DNA from: Escherichia coli
Lineage (GTDB): Bacteria > Pseudomonadota > Gammaproteobacteria > Enterobacterales > Enterobacteriaceae
Length of the DNA: 64,000 nt
Assembly: GCF_030384885.1 (NCBI RefSeq)
Contig: NZ_CP128613.1
Strand: one strand, 5' to 3'
The position numbers were made by a program, and so were the translations under genes. The notes under the pieces are model-generated. The model was given only the letters and a program-made list of their open reading frames with translations. It was not told the origin of the DNA and did no database searches. Positions within the stretch are counted from its first letter, which is position 1. The number at the start of each line of letters is the position of its first letter. Shown piece after piece: positions 44,532-54,815 of the stretch.

Positions 44532-45191
44532 ATGACGCAGGATGAATTGAAAAAAGCAGTAGGATGGGCGGCACTTCAGTATGTTCAGCCCGGCACCATT
44601 GTTGGTGTAGGTACAGGTTCCACCGCCGCACACTTTATTGACGCGCTCGGCACGATGAAAGGCCAGATTGAAGGGGCCGTTTCCAGTTCGGATGCGTCCA
44701 CTGAAAAACTGAAAAGCCTCGGCATTCACGTTTTTGATCTCAACGAAGTCGACAGCCTTGGCATCTACGTCGACGGTGCAGATGAAATCAACGGCCACAT
44801 GCAGATGATCAAAGGCGGCGGCGCGGCGCTGACCCGTGAAAAAATCATTGCTTCGGTTGCGGAAAAATTTATCTGTATTGCAGACGCTTCTAAGCAGGTT
44901 GATATTCTGGGCAAATTCCCGCTGCCAGTAGAAGTTATCCCGATGGCACGTAGTGCAGTGGCGCGCCAGCTGGTGAAACTGGGCGGTCGTCCGGAATACC
45001 GCCAGGGCGTGGTGACCGATAACGGCAACGTGATCCTCGACGTCCACGGCATGGAAATCCTTGACCCAATAGCGATGGAAAACGCCATAAATGCGATTCC
45101 GGGCGTGGTGACTGTTGGCTTATTTGCTAACCGTGGCGCGGACGTTGCGCTGATTGGCACACCTGACGGTGTCAAAACCATTGTGAAATGA
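44532..45191 (+). CDS. rpiA: Ribose-5-phosphate isomerase A
   Basis: 219 aa from [32 protein letters not shown]. Confidence 0.95.
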
Positions 45192-45446
45192 TCTGACGGG
45201 GGAATCTCCCCCGTTAAAAAAATTCTCTTCGTTAAATTTGGTGACATGTGTCACGTTTTTACCTGGCTATTGTCGATTGCTCTAAATAAATCCTCTAATC
45301 CAGCATATTCATCCAAGAAAAACCTTTGCGTGATATTTCCTCAACATCGCGACGCAAACGTTCATATTGCCGCAATATTATTTTTTGATATGTTGAAAGG
45401 CGGATGCAAATCCGCACACAACATTTCAAAAGACAGGATTGGGTAA

Positions 45447-46679
45447 ATGGCAAAGGTATCGCTGGAGAAAGACAAGATTAAGTTTCTGCTGGTAGAAGGC
45501 GTGCACCAAAAGGCGCTGGAAAGCCTTCGTGCAGCGGGTTACACCAACATCGAATTTCACAAAGGCGCGCTGGATGATGAACAATTAAAAGAATCCATCC
45601 GCGATGCCCACTTCATCGGCCTGCGATCCCGTACCCATCTGACTGAAGACGTGATCAACGCCGCAGAAAAACTGGTCGCTATTGGCTGTTTCTGTATCGG
45701 AACAAACCAGGTTGATCTGGATGCAGCTGCAAAACGCGGGATCCCGGTATTTAACGCACCGTTCTCTAATACGCGCTCTGTTGCGGAGCTGGTAATTGGC
45801 GAACTTCTGCTGCTATTGCGCGGCGTACCGGAAGCCAACGCTAAAGCGCACCGTGGTGTCTGGAACAAGCTGGCAGCTGGCTCTTTTGAAGCGCGCGGCA
45901 AAAAGCTGGGTATCATCGGCTATGGTCATATTGGTACACAGTTGGGCATTCTGGCTGAATCGCTGGGAATGTATGTTTACTTTTATGATATTGAAAACAA
46001 ACTACCGCTGGGCAACGCCACTCAGGTACAGCATCTTTCTGATCTGCTGAATATGAGCGATGTGGTGAGTTTGCATGTGCCAGAGAATCCGTCTACCAAA
46101 AATATGATGGGCGCGAAAGAGATTTCGCTAATGAAGCCCGGCTCGTTGCTGATTAATGCCTCGCGCGGAACGGTGGTGGATATTCCGGCACTGTGCGATG
46201 CGCTGGCAAGCAAGCACCTGGCTGGAGCGGCAATCGACGTATTCCCGACGGAACCGGCGACTAACAGCGATCCGTTTACCTCTCCGCTGTGCGAGTTCGA
46301 CAACGTCCTTCTGACGCCACATATTGGCGGTTCGACTCAGGAAGCACAGGAGAATATCGGCCTGGAAGTTGCAGGTAAATTAATCAAGTACTCTGACAAT
46401 GGCTCAACGCTCTCTGCGGTGAACTTCCCGGAAGTATCGCTGCCACTGCATGGTGGGCGTCGTCTGATGCACATCCACGAAAACCGTCCGGGCGTGCTAA
46501 CTGCGCTCAACAAAATTTTTGCCGAGCAGGGCGTCAACATCGCCGCGCAATATCTGCAAACTTCCGCCCAGATGGGTTATGTAGTTATTGATATTGAAGC
46601 CGACGAAGACGTTGCCGAAAAAGCTCTGCAGGCAATGAAAGCTATTCCGGGTACCATTCGCGCCCGTCTGCTGTACTAA
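45447..46679 (+). CDS. serA: D-3-phosphoglycerate dehydrogenase
   Basis: 410-aa ORF MAKVSLEKDKIKFLLVEGVHQKALESL; C-terminal ACT domain. Confidence 0.95.
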   Translation: MAKVSLEKDKIKFLLVEGVHQKALESLRAAGYTNIEFHKGALDDEQLKESIRDAHFIGLRSRTHLTEDVINAAEKLVAIGCFCIGTNQVDLDAAAKRGIPVFNAPFSNTRSVAELVIGELLLLLRGVPEANAKAHRGVWNKLAAGSFEARGKKLGIIGYGHIGTQLGILAESLGMYVYFYDIENKLPLGNATQVQHLSDLLNMSDVVSLHVPENPSTKNMMGAKEISLMKPGSLLINASRGTVVDIPALCDALASKHLAGAAIDVFPTEPATNSDPFTSPLCEFDNVLLTPHIGGSTQEAQENIGLEVAGKLIKYSDNGSTLSAVNFPEVSLPLHGGRRLMHIHENRPGVLTALNKIFAEQGVNIAAQYLQTSAQMGYVVIDIEADEDVAEKALQAMKAIPGTIRARLLY

Positions 46680-46698
46680 ATCCCCTTCTCTGAAAATC

Positions 46699-46731
46699 AA
46701 CGGGCAGATCACTGACTTGCCCGTTTTTTTA
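46699..46731 (+). terminator. Rho-independent terminator of serA
   Basis: cgggca...tgcccg hairpin followed by ttttttt. Confidence 0.6.
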
Positions 46732-46859
46732 TCCCTTCTCCACACCGTTGCCGCATTGCGCATTCTACTTTGCGAGTCTGCTCCAGAAAATAAATCAAAG
46801 TCAGATCAATGCGTTGTGTTTATTTAATGGGGATTTACGATGGCAGGGCAGCATGGGGC

Positions 46860-46995
46860 TGTAACGGTAAAGCCCTCACCGAAGCGAGGGCTTGAAGGAG
46901 AAGGGTTATGATGCGACTTGTCATCATACTGATTGTACTGTTACTCATAAGTTTCCCAGCTTATTAACAGTCAGTCACAGGGGAGGAGCAATCCT
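46860..46995 (-). ncRNA. sibC: Sib-family antisense RNA (SibC) opposite ibsC; boundaries approximate
   Basis: Placed from the known Sib/Ibs architecture (antisense RNA spans the toxin ORF and its RBS); ends not determined from sequence. Confidence 0.45.
46908..46967 (+). CDS. ibsC: Type I toxin IbsC (19-aa hydrophobic peptide)
   Basis: ATG at 46908, MMRLVIILIVLLLISFPAY, stop TAA 46965-46967; preceded by a gaaggag RBS; in the serA-ygfA spacer where the K-12 sibC/ibsC locus lies. Confidence 0.7.
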   Translation: MMRLVIILIVLLLISFPAY

Positions 46996-47067
46996 CCCTT
47001 ACCCTTACTCACTAAATTAGGTTAAAGAATCAACGATGTCAATCAGGGCGATGCAGGTGTGTCGCCC

Positions 47068-47670
47068 TCACCACTCCCAGACTTTCGACGGCGTAACTAC
47101 TGCAGGAAGTGGAATATCCCACTCTTCAACGGGGAGTTTTTCCACCAACTGACAATCATGCGCATAACCCACCGGTTGCATTTGATAGCGCTGCCAGTTT
47201 TGTAAGGTCCGATCATAAAAACCACCGCCCATTCCCAGGCGCTGACCGTACTCATCAAAGGCGACCAGCGGTGTGATCAACACGTCTAATCGGGAAAGGG
47301 GTAGCACGTCACGCACATCCAGTTTTGGCTCATGGATCTTCAACCAGTTCATCACCAGTTCGCTTTGCGGATGGTAATTCAGGAACAGCAAATTACCGGC
47401 ACTAAAGGGATGCAAAACTGGAAGATATACGCGCTTACCGGCGCGCCAGAGTTGTTCTATGAGTGGCTGGGTGTCGAGTTCGCCATCAAAAGAGAGGAAT
47501 ACAGCGACCGTATGTGCCATCACCACCGGGGGATAAGTCATCATCCGGGTAGCGGCTTGTTGACCCATTTCCTGCTGTTGTTCCGGCGTTAACGCACGAC
47601 GACGTTGCCGAATCATTTTGCGGATTTCTTGTCGGGATAATGTCAGTGGGATTTCTGGTAGTTGCGTCAT
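47068..47670 (-). CDS. ygfA: 5-formyltetrahydrofolate cyclo-ligase
   Basis: 200-aa ORF; located immediately downstream of ssrS as in E. coli. Confidence 0.85.
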   Translation of the reverse strand: MTQLPEIPLTLSRQEIRKMIRQRRRALTPEQQQEMGQQAATRMMTYPPVVMAHTVAVFLSFDGELDTQPLIEQLWRAGKRVYLPVLHPFSAGNLLFLNYHPQSELVMNWLKIHEPKLDVRDVLPLSRLDVLITPLVAFDEYGQRLGMGGGFYDRTLQNWQRYQMQPVGYAHDCQLVEKLPVEEWDIPLPAVVTPSKVWEW

Positions 47671-47688
47671 GGCTGGTGCCAGATAAGA

Positions 47689-47874
47689 AGGGAATCTCCG
47701 AGATGCCGCCGCAGGCTGTAACCCTTGAACCCTTGGTTCAAGGTGAATGTGTCGTCACAGTTTTAAGGCTTCTCGGACGGACCGAGCATGCTCACCAACC
47801 GCGGAGCGCCACATTCTTGTGGTATGAAATATCGGCTCAGGGGACTGGCCCGCTTGCGAACATCTCAGAGAAAT
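47689..47874 (-). ncRNA. ssrS: 6S RNA
   Basis: Reverse complement reads AUUUCUCUGAGAUGUUCGCAAGCGGGCCAGUCCCCUGAGCCGAUAUUUCAUACCACAAGAAUGUGGCGCUCCGCGG...GGAGAUUCCCU, matching the E. coli 6S RNA from memory. Confidence 0.9.
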
Positions 47875-47915
47875 TTTGTCTTCACGGTTACTCTACCACA
47901 GTAAACCGAAAAGTG

Positions 47916-48311
<396 letters not shown>

Positions 48312-48412
48312 CTATAGCTACCCTGATGAGAAGAGACAAGCCCTTTTCTGGTCCACCAGGGCCCAAAGTGGTAGCATATCATGAATATTCCTCCCTTTGA
48401 CGACGAATGCTT

Positions 48413-48991
48413 ATGTCTATACAGAACGAAATGCCTGGTTACAACGAAATGAACCAGTATCTGAACCAACAAGGGACGGGTCTGACCCCTGCTGAGATGC
48501 ATGGTTTAATCAGTGGGATGATATGTGGTGGTAACGATGACAGCTCATGGCTGCCGCTGCTTCACGACCTGACGAACGAAGGCATGGCTTTCGGTCATGA
48601 GCTGGCACAGGCATTGCGCAAAATGCACTCTGCTACCAGCGATGCCCTGCAGGATGACGGCTTCCTTTTTCAGCTTTATCTGCCTGATGGCGATGATGTC
48701 AGTGTTTTCGATCGTGCTGATGCGCTGGCAGGTTGGGTCAATCACTTCCTGCTTGGTCTTGGCGTTACGCAACCGAAGCTGGACAAAGTGACCGGCGAAA
48801 CCGGTGAAGCCATCGACGATCTGCGTAACATCGCGCAGCTGGGCTACGACGAAGACGAAGATCAGGAAGAGCTGGAAATGTCGCTTGAAGAGATCATCGA
48901 GTACGTCCGTGTTGCCGCGCTGTTATGCCACGACACCTTTACTCATCCGCAACCGACCGCGCCAGAAGTACAAAAACCGACTCTACACTAA
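48413..48991 (+). CDS. ygfB: UPF0149 protein YgfB
   Basis: 192 aa from [23 protein letters not shown]. Confidence 0.85.
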
Positions 48992-49016
48992 AAACAAAAA
49001 ACGTAAGGAGAGTGTT

Positions 49017-50342
49017 ATGAGTGAGATATCCCGGCAAGAATTTCAGCGTCGCCGTCAGGCCCTGGTAGAGCAAATGCAACCCGGCAGCGCCGCGCTGATT
49101 TTTGCTGCACCAGAAGTAACACGTAGCGCCGACAGCGAATACCCCTATCGTCAGAACAGTGACTTTTGGTACTTCACCGGCTTTAACGAACCGGAAGCGG
49201 TGCTGGTGCTGATTAAAAGTGATGACACTCATAACCACAGCGTTCTGTTTAACCGCGTTCGCGACCTGACGGCAGAGATCTGGTTTGGTCGTCGCTTAGG
49301 CCAGGATGCCGCGCCAGAGAAACTGGGCGTTGACCGCGCACTGGCATTCAGCGAAATCAATCAGCAACTTTATCAACTACTTAATGGTCTGGATGTGGTT
49401 TACCACGCCCAGGGCGAATATGCGTATGCTGATGAAATCGTGAACAGTGCGCTGGAAAAACTGCGTAAAGGCTCGCGACAGAATCTCACCGCCCCGGCAA
49501 CGATGATCGACTGGCGTCCTGTTGTTCATGAAATGCGCCTGTTCAAATCGCCGGAAGAGATCGCCGTACTTCGCCGCGCGGGGGAAATCACTGCCCTGGC
49601 GCATACACGGGCGATGGAAAAATGCCGTCCGGGAATGTTTGAGTACCATCTGGAAGGCGAAATTCACCACGAATTTAACCGCCACGGTGCGCGCTATCCT
49701 TCCTATAACACTATTGTCGGCAGCGGTGAAAACGGCTGCATTCTGCACTATACCGAAAACGAGTGTGAACTGCGTGACGGTGACCTGGTGTTGATTGACG
49801 CGGGTTGTGAATACAAAGGTTACGCTGGCGATATTACCCGCACCTTCCCGGTTAACGGTAAATTCACTCAGGCTCAGCGTGAAATCTACGACATTGTGCT
49901 GGAGTCTCTTGAAACCAGCCTGCGCCTGTATCGTCCGGGAACGTCCATTCAGGAAGTCACCGGTGAAGTGGTGCGCATCATGGTTAGCGGCCTGGTAAAA
50001 CTCGGCATCCTGAAAGGTGATGTTGAAGAACTGATCGCCCAAAACGCCCATCGTCCTTTCTTTATGCATGGCCTTAGCCACTGGTTAGGTCTGGATGTCC
50101 ATGATGTTGGTATTTATGGTCAGGATCGCTCGCGCATTCTGGAACCGGGCATGGTACTGACCGTAGAGCCGGGGCTGTACATTGCGCCGGATGCGGATGT
50201 ACCAGAACAATATCGCGGTATCGGCATTCGTATCGAAGACGACATTGTGATTACCGAAACCGGCAATGAAAACCTCACTGCCAGCGTAGTGAAAAAGCCG
50301 GAAGAAATTGAAGCGTTGATGGCTGCTGCGAGAAAGCAATGA
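49017..50342 (+). CDS. pepP: Xaa-Pro aminopeptidase (aminopeptidase P)
   Basis: 441 aa from ATG 49017 (MSEISRQEFQRRRQALVEQM) with taaggag RBS; the 512-aa track ORF is an upstream extension. Confidence 0.9.
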   Translation: MSEISRQEFQRRRQALVEQMQPGSAALIFAAPEVTRSADSEYPYRQNSDFWYFTGFNEPEAVLVLIKSDDTHNHSVLFNRVRDLTAEIWFGRRLGQDAAPEKLGVDRALAFSEINQQLYQLLNGLDVVYHAQGEYAYADEIVNSALEKLRKGSRQNLTAPATMIDWRPVVHEMRLFKSPEEIAVLRRAGEITALAHTRAMEKCRPGMFEYHLEGEIHHEFNRHGARYPSYNTIVGSGENGCILHYTENECELRDGDLVLIDAGCEYKGYAGDITRTFPVNGKFTQAQREIYDIVLESLETSLRLYRPGTSIQEVTGEVVRIMVSGLVKLGILKGDVEELIAQNAHRPFFMHGLSHWLGLDVHDVGIYGQDRSRILEPGMVLTVEPGLYIAPDADVPEQYRGIGIRIEDDIVITETGNENLTASVVKKPEEIEALMAAARKQ

Positions 50343-51517
50343 GCGTAATCATCGTCGGTGGCGGCATGGCGGGCGCGACGCTGGCGCTGGCTATTTCCCG
50401 GTTAAGTCACGGGGCGCTGCCGGTACATTTGATTGAAGCGACCGCGCCAGAGTCTCATGCTCATCCGGGCTTTGATGGACGAGCTATTGCGCTGGCGGCG
50501 GGTACTTGTCAGCAACTGGCGCGCATCGGCGTCTGGCAATCTCTGGCTGATTGCGCAACCGCCATCACCAGCGTGCATGTCAGCGATCGTGGTCATGCCG
50601 GATTCGTCACCCTCGCCGCAGAAGATTACCAACTGGCGGCGCTGGGGCAGGTTGTCGAATTGCATAATGTCGGGCAACGGCTGTTTGCATTGCTGCGCAA
50701 AGCACCTGGCGTAACGCTGCATTGCCCTGATCGCGTGGCTAACGTTGCCCGTGCTCAGAGTCACGTTGAAGTGACGCTGGAGAGTGGCGAGACGCTGACG
50801 GGCTGCGTGCTGGTAGCCGCTGATGGCACCCATTCAGCGTTAGCCACTGTGTGCGGCGTTGACTGGCAGCAGGAGCCTTACGAACAACTGGCCGTGATTG
50901 CGAACGTTGCGACTTCCGTTGCGCACGAAGGCCGGGCGTTTGAGCGTTTCACACAATATGGCCCGTTGGCGATGTTGCCGATGTCTGACAGACGCTGTTC
51001 GCTGGTCTGGTGCCATCCACTGGAACGGCGCGAAGAGGTGCTGTCGTGGAGCGACGAGACGTTTTGCCGTGAACTCCAGTCGGCCTTTGGCTGGCGACTG
51101 GGGCAAATTACCCACGCTGGTAAACGCAGTGCTTACCCGCTGGCGTTAACCCGCGCCGCCAGACCTGTTACCCATCGTACCGTGCTGGTGGGCAATGCGG
51201 CGCAAACTCTGCACCCGATTGCCGGGCAAGGGTTCAACCTCGGTATGCGAGATGTGATGAGCCTTGCGGAAACCCTGACTCAGGCGCAAGAGCGCGGAGA
51301 AGACATAGGTGATTACGGCGTATTGTGCCGTTATCAGCAGCGTCGGCAGAGCGATCGCGAAGCAACCATCGGCGTCACGGACAGCCTTGTACATCTTTTT
51401 GCCAACCGTTGGACGCCGCTGGTTGTCGGGCGCAACATCGGGCTGATGGCAATGGAATTATTCACTCCGGCACGCGATGTGCTGGCGCAGCGCACCCTCG
51501 GTTGGGTGGCGCGTTAA
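50339..51517 (+). CDS. ubiH: 2-octaprenyl-6-methoxyphenol hydroxylase
   Basis: 392-aa ORF with N-terminal FAD fold VIIVGGGMAGATLA; 4-nt overlap with pepP. Confidence 0.9.
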   Translation: MSVIIVGGGMAGATLALAISRLSHGALPVHLIEATAPESHAHPGFDGRAIALAAGTCQQLARIGVWQSLADCATAITSVHVSDRGHAGFVTLAAEDYQLAALGQVVELHNVGQRLFALLRKAPGVTLHCPDRVANVARAQSHVEVTLESGETLTGCVLVAADGTHSALATVCGVDWQQEPYEQLAVIANVATSVAHEGRAFERFTQYGPLAMLPMSDRRCSLVWCHPLERREEVLSWSDETFCRELQSAFGWRLGQITHAGKRSAYPLALTRAARPVTHRTVLVGNAAQTLHPIAGQGFNLGMRDVMSLAETLTQAQERGEDIGDYGVLCRYQQRRQSDREATIGVTDSLVHLFANRWTPLVVGRNIGLMAMELFTPARDVLAQRTLGWVAR

Positions 51518-51539
51518 AGGCGGCTTTAAGGAATAAACA

Positions 51540-52742
51540 ATGCAAAGTGTTGATGTAGCCATTGTTGGCGGCGGCATGGTGGGGCTGGCGGTTGCCTGCG
51601 GCTTGCAGGGCAGTGGCTTACGCGTTGCCGTACTGGAGCAGCGCGTACCGGAACCCCTGGCGGCGGATGCACCACCACAACTGCGCGTTTCGGCTATCAA
51701 TGCCGCCAGCGAAAAATTACTCACCCGTCTTGGCGTCTGGCAGGAGATCCTCTCCCGCAGGGCCAGTTGCTATCACGGCATGGAAGTGTGGGACAAAGAC
51801 AGTTTTGGTCACATTTCGTTTGACGATCAAAGCATGGGCTATAGCCATCTTGGGCATATCGTTGAAAATTCAGTCATTCACTACGCGCTGTGGAACAAAG
51901 CACAGCAGTCCTCAGATATCAGCCTGCTAGCCCCTGCAGAATTACAGCAAGTCGCCTGGGGAGAGAACGAAACCTTCCTGACGCTGAAAGACGGCAGCAT
52001 GTTAACGGCGCGTCTGGTAATTGGCGCAGACGGCGCTAATTCCTGGTTGCGCAACAAAGCCGATATTCCGCTGACTTTCTGGGATTATCAGCATCACGCG
52101 CTGGTGGCGACCATTCGCACGGAAGAACCGCATGATGCGGTGGCGCGACAGGTTTTCCATGGCGAAGGCATTCTGGCCTTTTTGCCGCTTAGCGATCCGC
52201 ATCTTTGCTCAATTGTCTGGTCACTGTCGCCAGAGGAAGCACAGCGGATGCAGCAGGCAGGCGAAGACGAATTTAACCGCGAGTTAAATATCGCTTTTGA
52301 TAATCGCCTGGGCTTATGCAAGGTTGAGAGTGAACGCCTGGTGTTCCCGCTGACTGGGCGTTATGCGCGCCAGTTTGCCGCGCACCGTCTGGCGCTGGTG
52401 GGCGACGCCGCGCATACCATTCACCCGTTGGCGGGGCAGGGGGTGAATCTCGGCTTTATGGATGCTGCAGAGCTGATTGCTGAACTGAAACGGTTGCATC
52501 GTCAGGGTAAAGACATCGGGCAGTACATTTACCTGCGTCGCTATGAGCGTAGCCGCAAGCACAGTGCGGCGCTGATGCTGGCAGGTATGCAGGGATTCCG
52601 CGATCTGTTTTCCGGGGCTCATCCGGCGAAAAAACTGCTGCGTGATATTGGCCTGAAACTGGCCGACACGCTTCCTGGCGTTAAACCACAACTTATCCGT
52701 CAGGCAATAGGATTAAACGATTTGCCTGAATGGCTGCGCTAA
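51540..52742 (+). CDS. ubiI: 2-octaprenylphenol hydroxylase (UbiI/VisC)
   Basis: 400-aa ORF with FAD fold VAIVGGGMVGLAVA. Confidence 0.9.
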   Translation: MQSVDVAIVGGGMVGLAVACGLQGSGLRVAVLEQRVPEPLAADAPPQLRVSAINAASEKLLTRLGVWQEILSRRASCYHGMEVWDKDSFGHISFDDQSMGYSHLGHIVENSVIHYALWNKAQQSSDISLLAPAELQQVAWGENETFLTLKDGSMLTARLVIGADGANSWLRNKADIPLTFWDYQHHALVATIRTEEPHDAVARQVFHGEGILAFLPLSDPHLCSIVWSLSPEEAQRMQQAGEDEFNRELNIAFDNRLGLCKVESERLVFPLTGRYARQFAAHRLALVGDAAHTIHPLAGQGVNLGFMDAAELIAELKRLHRQGKDIGQYIYLRRYERSRKHSAALMLAGMQGFRDLFSGAHPAKKLLRDIGLKLADTLPGVKPQLIRQAIGLNDLPEWLR

Positions 52743-52784
52743 AAATTTCTCTTCTGCTGTTTATTTGATACCCATCACACTTTC

Positions 52785-52818
52785 ATCTCCCGGTTTTTTC
52801 GCCGGGAGATTTTCCTCA
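52785..52818 (+). terminator. Rho-independent terminator after ubiI
   Basis: atctcccgg / ccgggagat stem with T-rich loop and downstream T-rich tract. Confidence 0.5.
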
Positions 52819-53189
52819 TTTGAAATAAACTAATTTCACCTCCGTTTTCGCATTATATTTTCTAATGTTACGAATTTTTGATTTAGTGTTTTTTGACATT
52901 TTTTCAGTTCTTAATATTGTCTTATTCAAATTAAGTTTCTCATCACATCATCTTTGTATAGAAAGTGGAATGTTTTTTGGTTTTTTATTCTGTTGCTATT
53001 CTGGCGTTTTTTAACCATAAGCTAATGTGATGATCAATTTTACCTTATGGTTAACAGTCTGTTTCGGTGGTAAGTTCAGGGAAAAGAGAACGATTGCGTT
53101 GGGGACCGGGAGTGGCTCCGATGCTGGGTTTCGTGGTGATAATTTCACCATGAAAAAGTTGTCAGCCCCGCTTATTCAATGAGGACAAG

Positions 53190-54284
53190 ATGGCACAACA
53201 GACTCCTTTGTACGAACAACACACGCTTTGCGGCGCCCGCATGGTGGATTTCCACGGCTGGATGATGCCGCTGCATTACGGTTCGCAAATCGACGAACAT
53301 CATGCGGTACGTACCGATGCCGGAATGTTTGATGTGTCACATATGACCATCGTCGATCTTCGCGGCAGTCGCACCCGGGAGTTTCTGCGTTATCTGCTGG
53401 CGAACGATGTGGCGAAGCTCACCAAAAGCGGCAAAGCCCTCTACTCGGGGATGTTGAATGCCTCTGGCGGTGTGATAGATGACCTCATCGTCTACTACTT
53501 TACTGAAGATTTCTTCCGCCTCGTTGTTAACTCCGCCACCCGCGAAAAAGACCTCTCCTGGATTACCCAACACGCTGAACCCTTCGGTATCGAAATTACC
53601 GTTCGTGATGACCTCTCCATGATTGCCGTACAAGGGCCGAATGCGCAGGCAAAAGCTGCCACACTGTTTAATGATGCTCAGCGTCAGGCGGTGGAAGGGA
53701 TGAAACCCTTCTTTGGCGTGCAGGCGGGCGATCTGTTTATTGCCACCACCGGTTATACCGGTGAAGCGGGCTACGAAATTGCGCTGCCCAATGAAAAAGC
53801 GGCGGATTTCTGGCGAGCGCTGGTGGAAGCGGGCGTTAAGCCCTGCGGTCTGGGCGCGCGTGACACGCTGCGTCTGGAAGCGGGTATGAATCTTTATGGT
53901 CAGGAGATGGACGAAACCATTTCTCCTTTAGCAGCCAACATGGGCTGGACCATCGCCTGGGAACCGACTGATCGTGACTTTATCGGTCGTGAAGCTCTGG
54001 AAGCGCAGCGTGAACATGGCACAGAAAAACTGGTTGGTCTGGTGATGACCGAAAAAGGCGTGCTGCGTAATGAACTGCCGGTACGTTTTACCGATGCGCA
54101 GGGCAATCAGCATGAAGGCATTATCACCAGCGGTACTTTCTCCCCGACGTTGGGTTACAGCATTGCGCTGGCACGCGTGCCGGAAGGTATTGGCGAAACG
54201 GCGATTGTGCAAATTCGCAACCGTGAAATGCCAGTAAAAGTGACGAAACCTGTTTTTGTGCGTAACGGCAAAGCCGTCGCGTGA
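53190..54284 (+). CDS. gcvT: Glycine cleavage system T protein (aminomethyltransferase)
   Basis: 364-aa [36 protein letters not shown]. Confidence 0.95.
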
Positions 54285-54307
54285 TTTACTTTTTTGGAGA
54301 TTAATTG

Positions 54308-54697
54308 ATGAGCAACGTACCAGCAGAACTGAAATACAGCAAAGAACACGAATGGCTGCGTAAAGAAGCCGACGGCACTTACACTGTTGGCATCACTGAG
54401 CACGCTCAGGAGCTGTTAGGCGATATGGTGTTTGTTGACCTGCCGGAAGTGGGCGCAACGGTAAGCGCGGGCGATGACTGCGCGGTTGCCGAATCGGTAA
54501 AAGCGGCGTCAGACATTTATGCGCCAGTAAGCGGTGAAATCGTGGCGGTAAACGACGCACTGAGCGATTCTCCGGAACTGGTGAACAGCGAACCGTATGC
54601 AGGCGGCTGGATCTTCAAAATCAAAGCCAGCGATGAAAGCGAACTGGAATCACTGCTGGATGCGACCGCATACGAAGCATTGTTAGAAGACGAGTAA
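54308..54697 (+). CDS. gcvH: Glycine cleavage system H protein
   Basis: 129 aa from [17 protein letters not shown]; lipoyl-lysine region ESVKAASD. Confidence 0.95.
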
Positions 54698-54815
54698 CGG
54701 CTTTATTCCTCTTCTGCGGAAGAGGATTAGGGTGAGGAACATTTACGCCTCACCCTCACTCTCTTCGCAAGGAGAGAGGTTCACAATTCACTGCACGTTT
54801 CAGGAACCATCGCTC

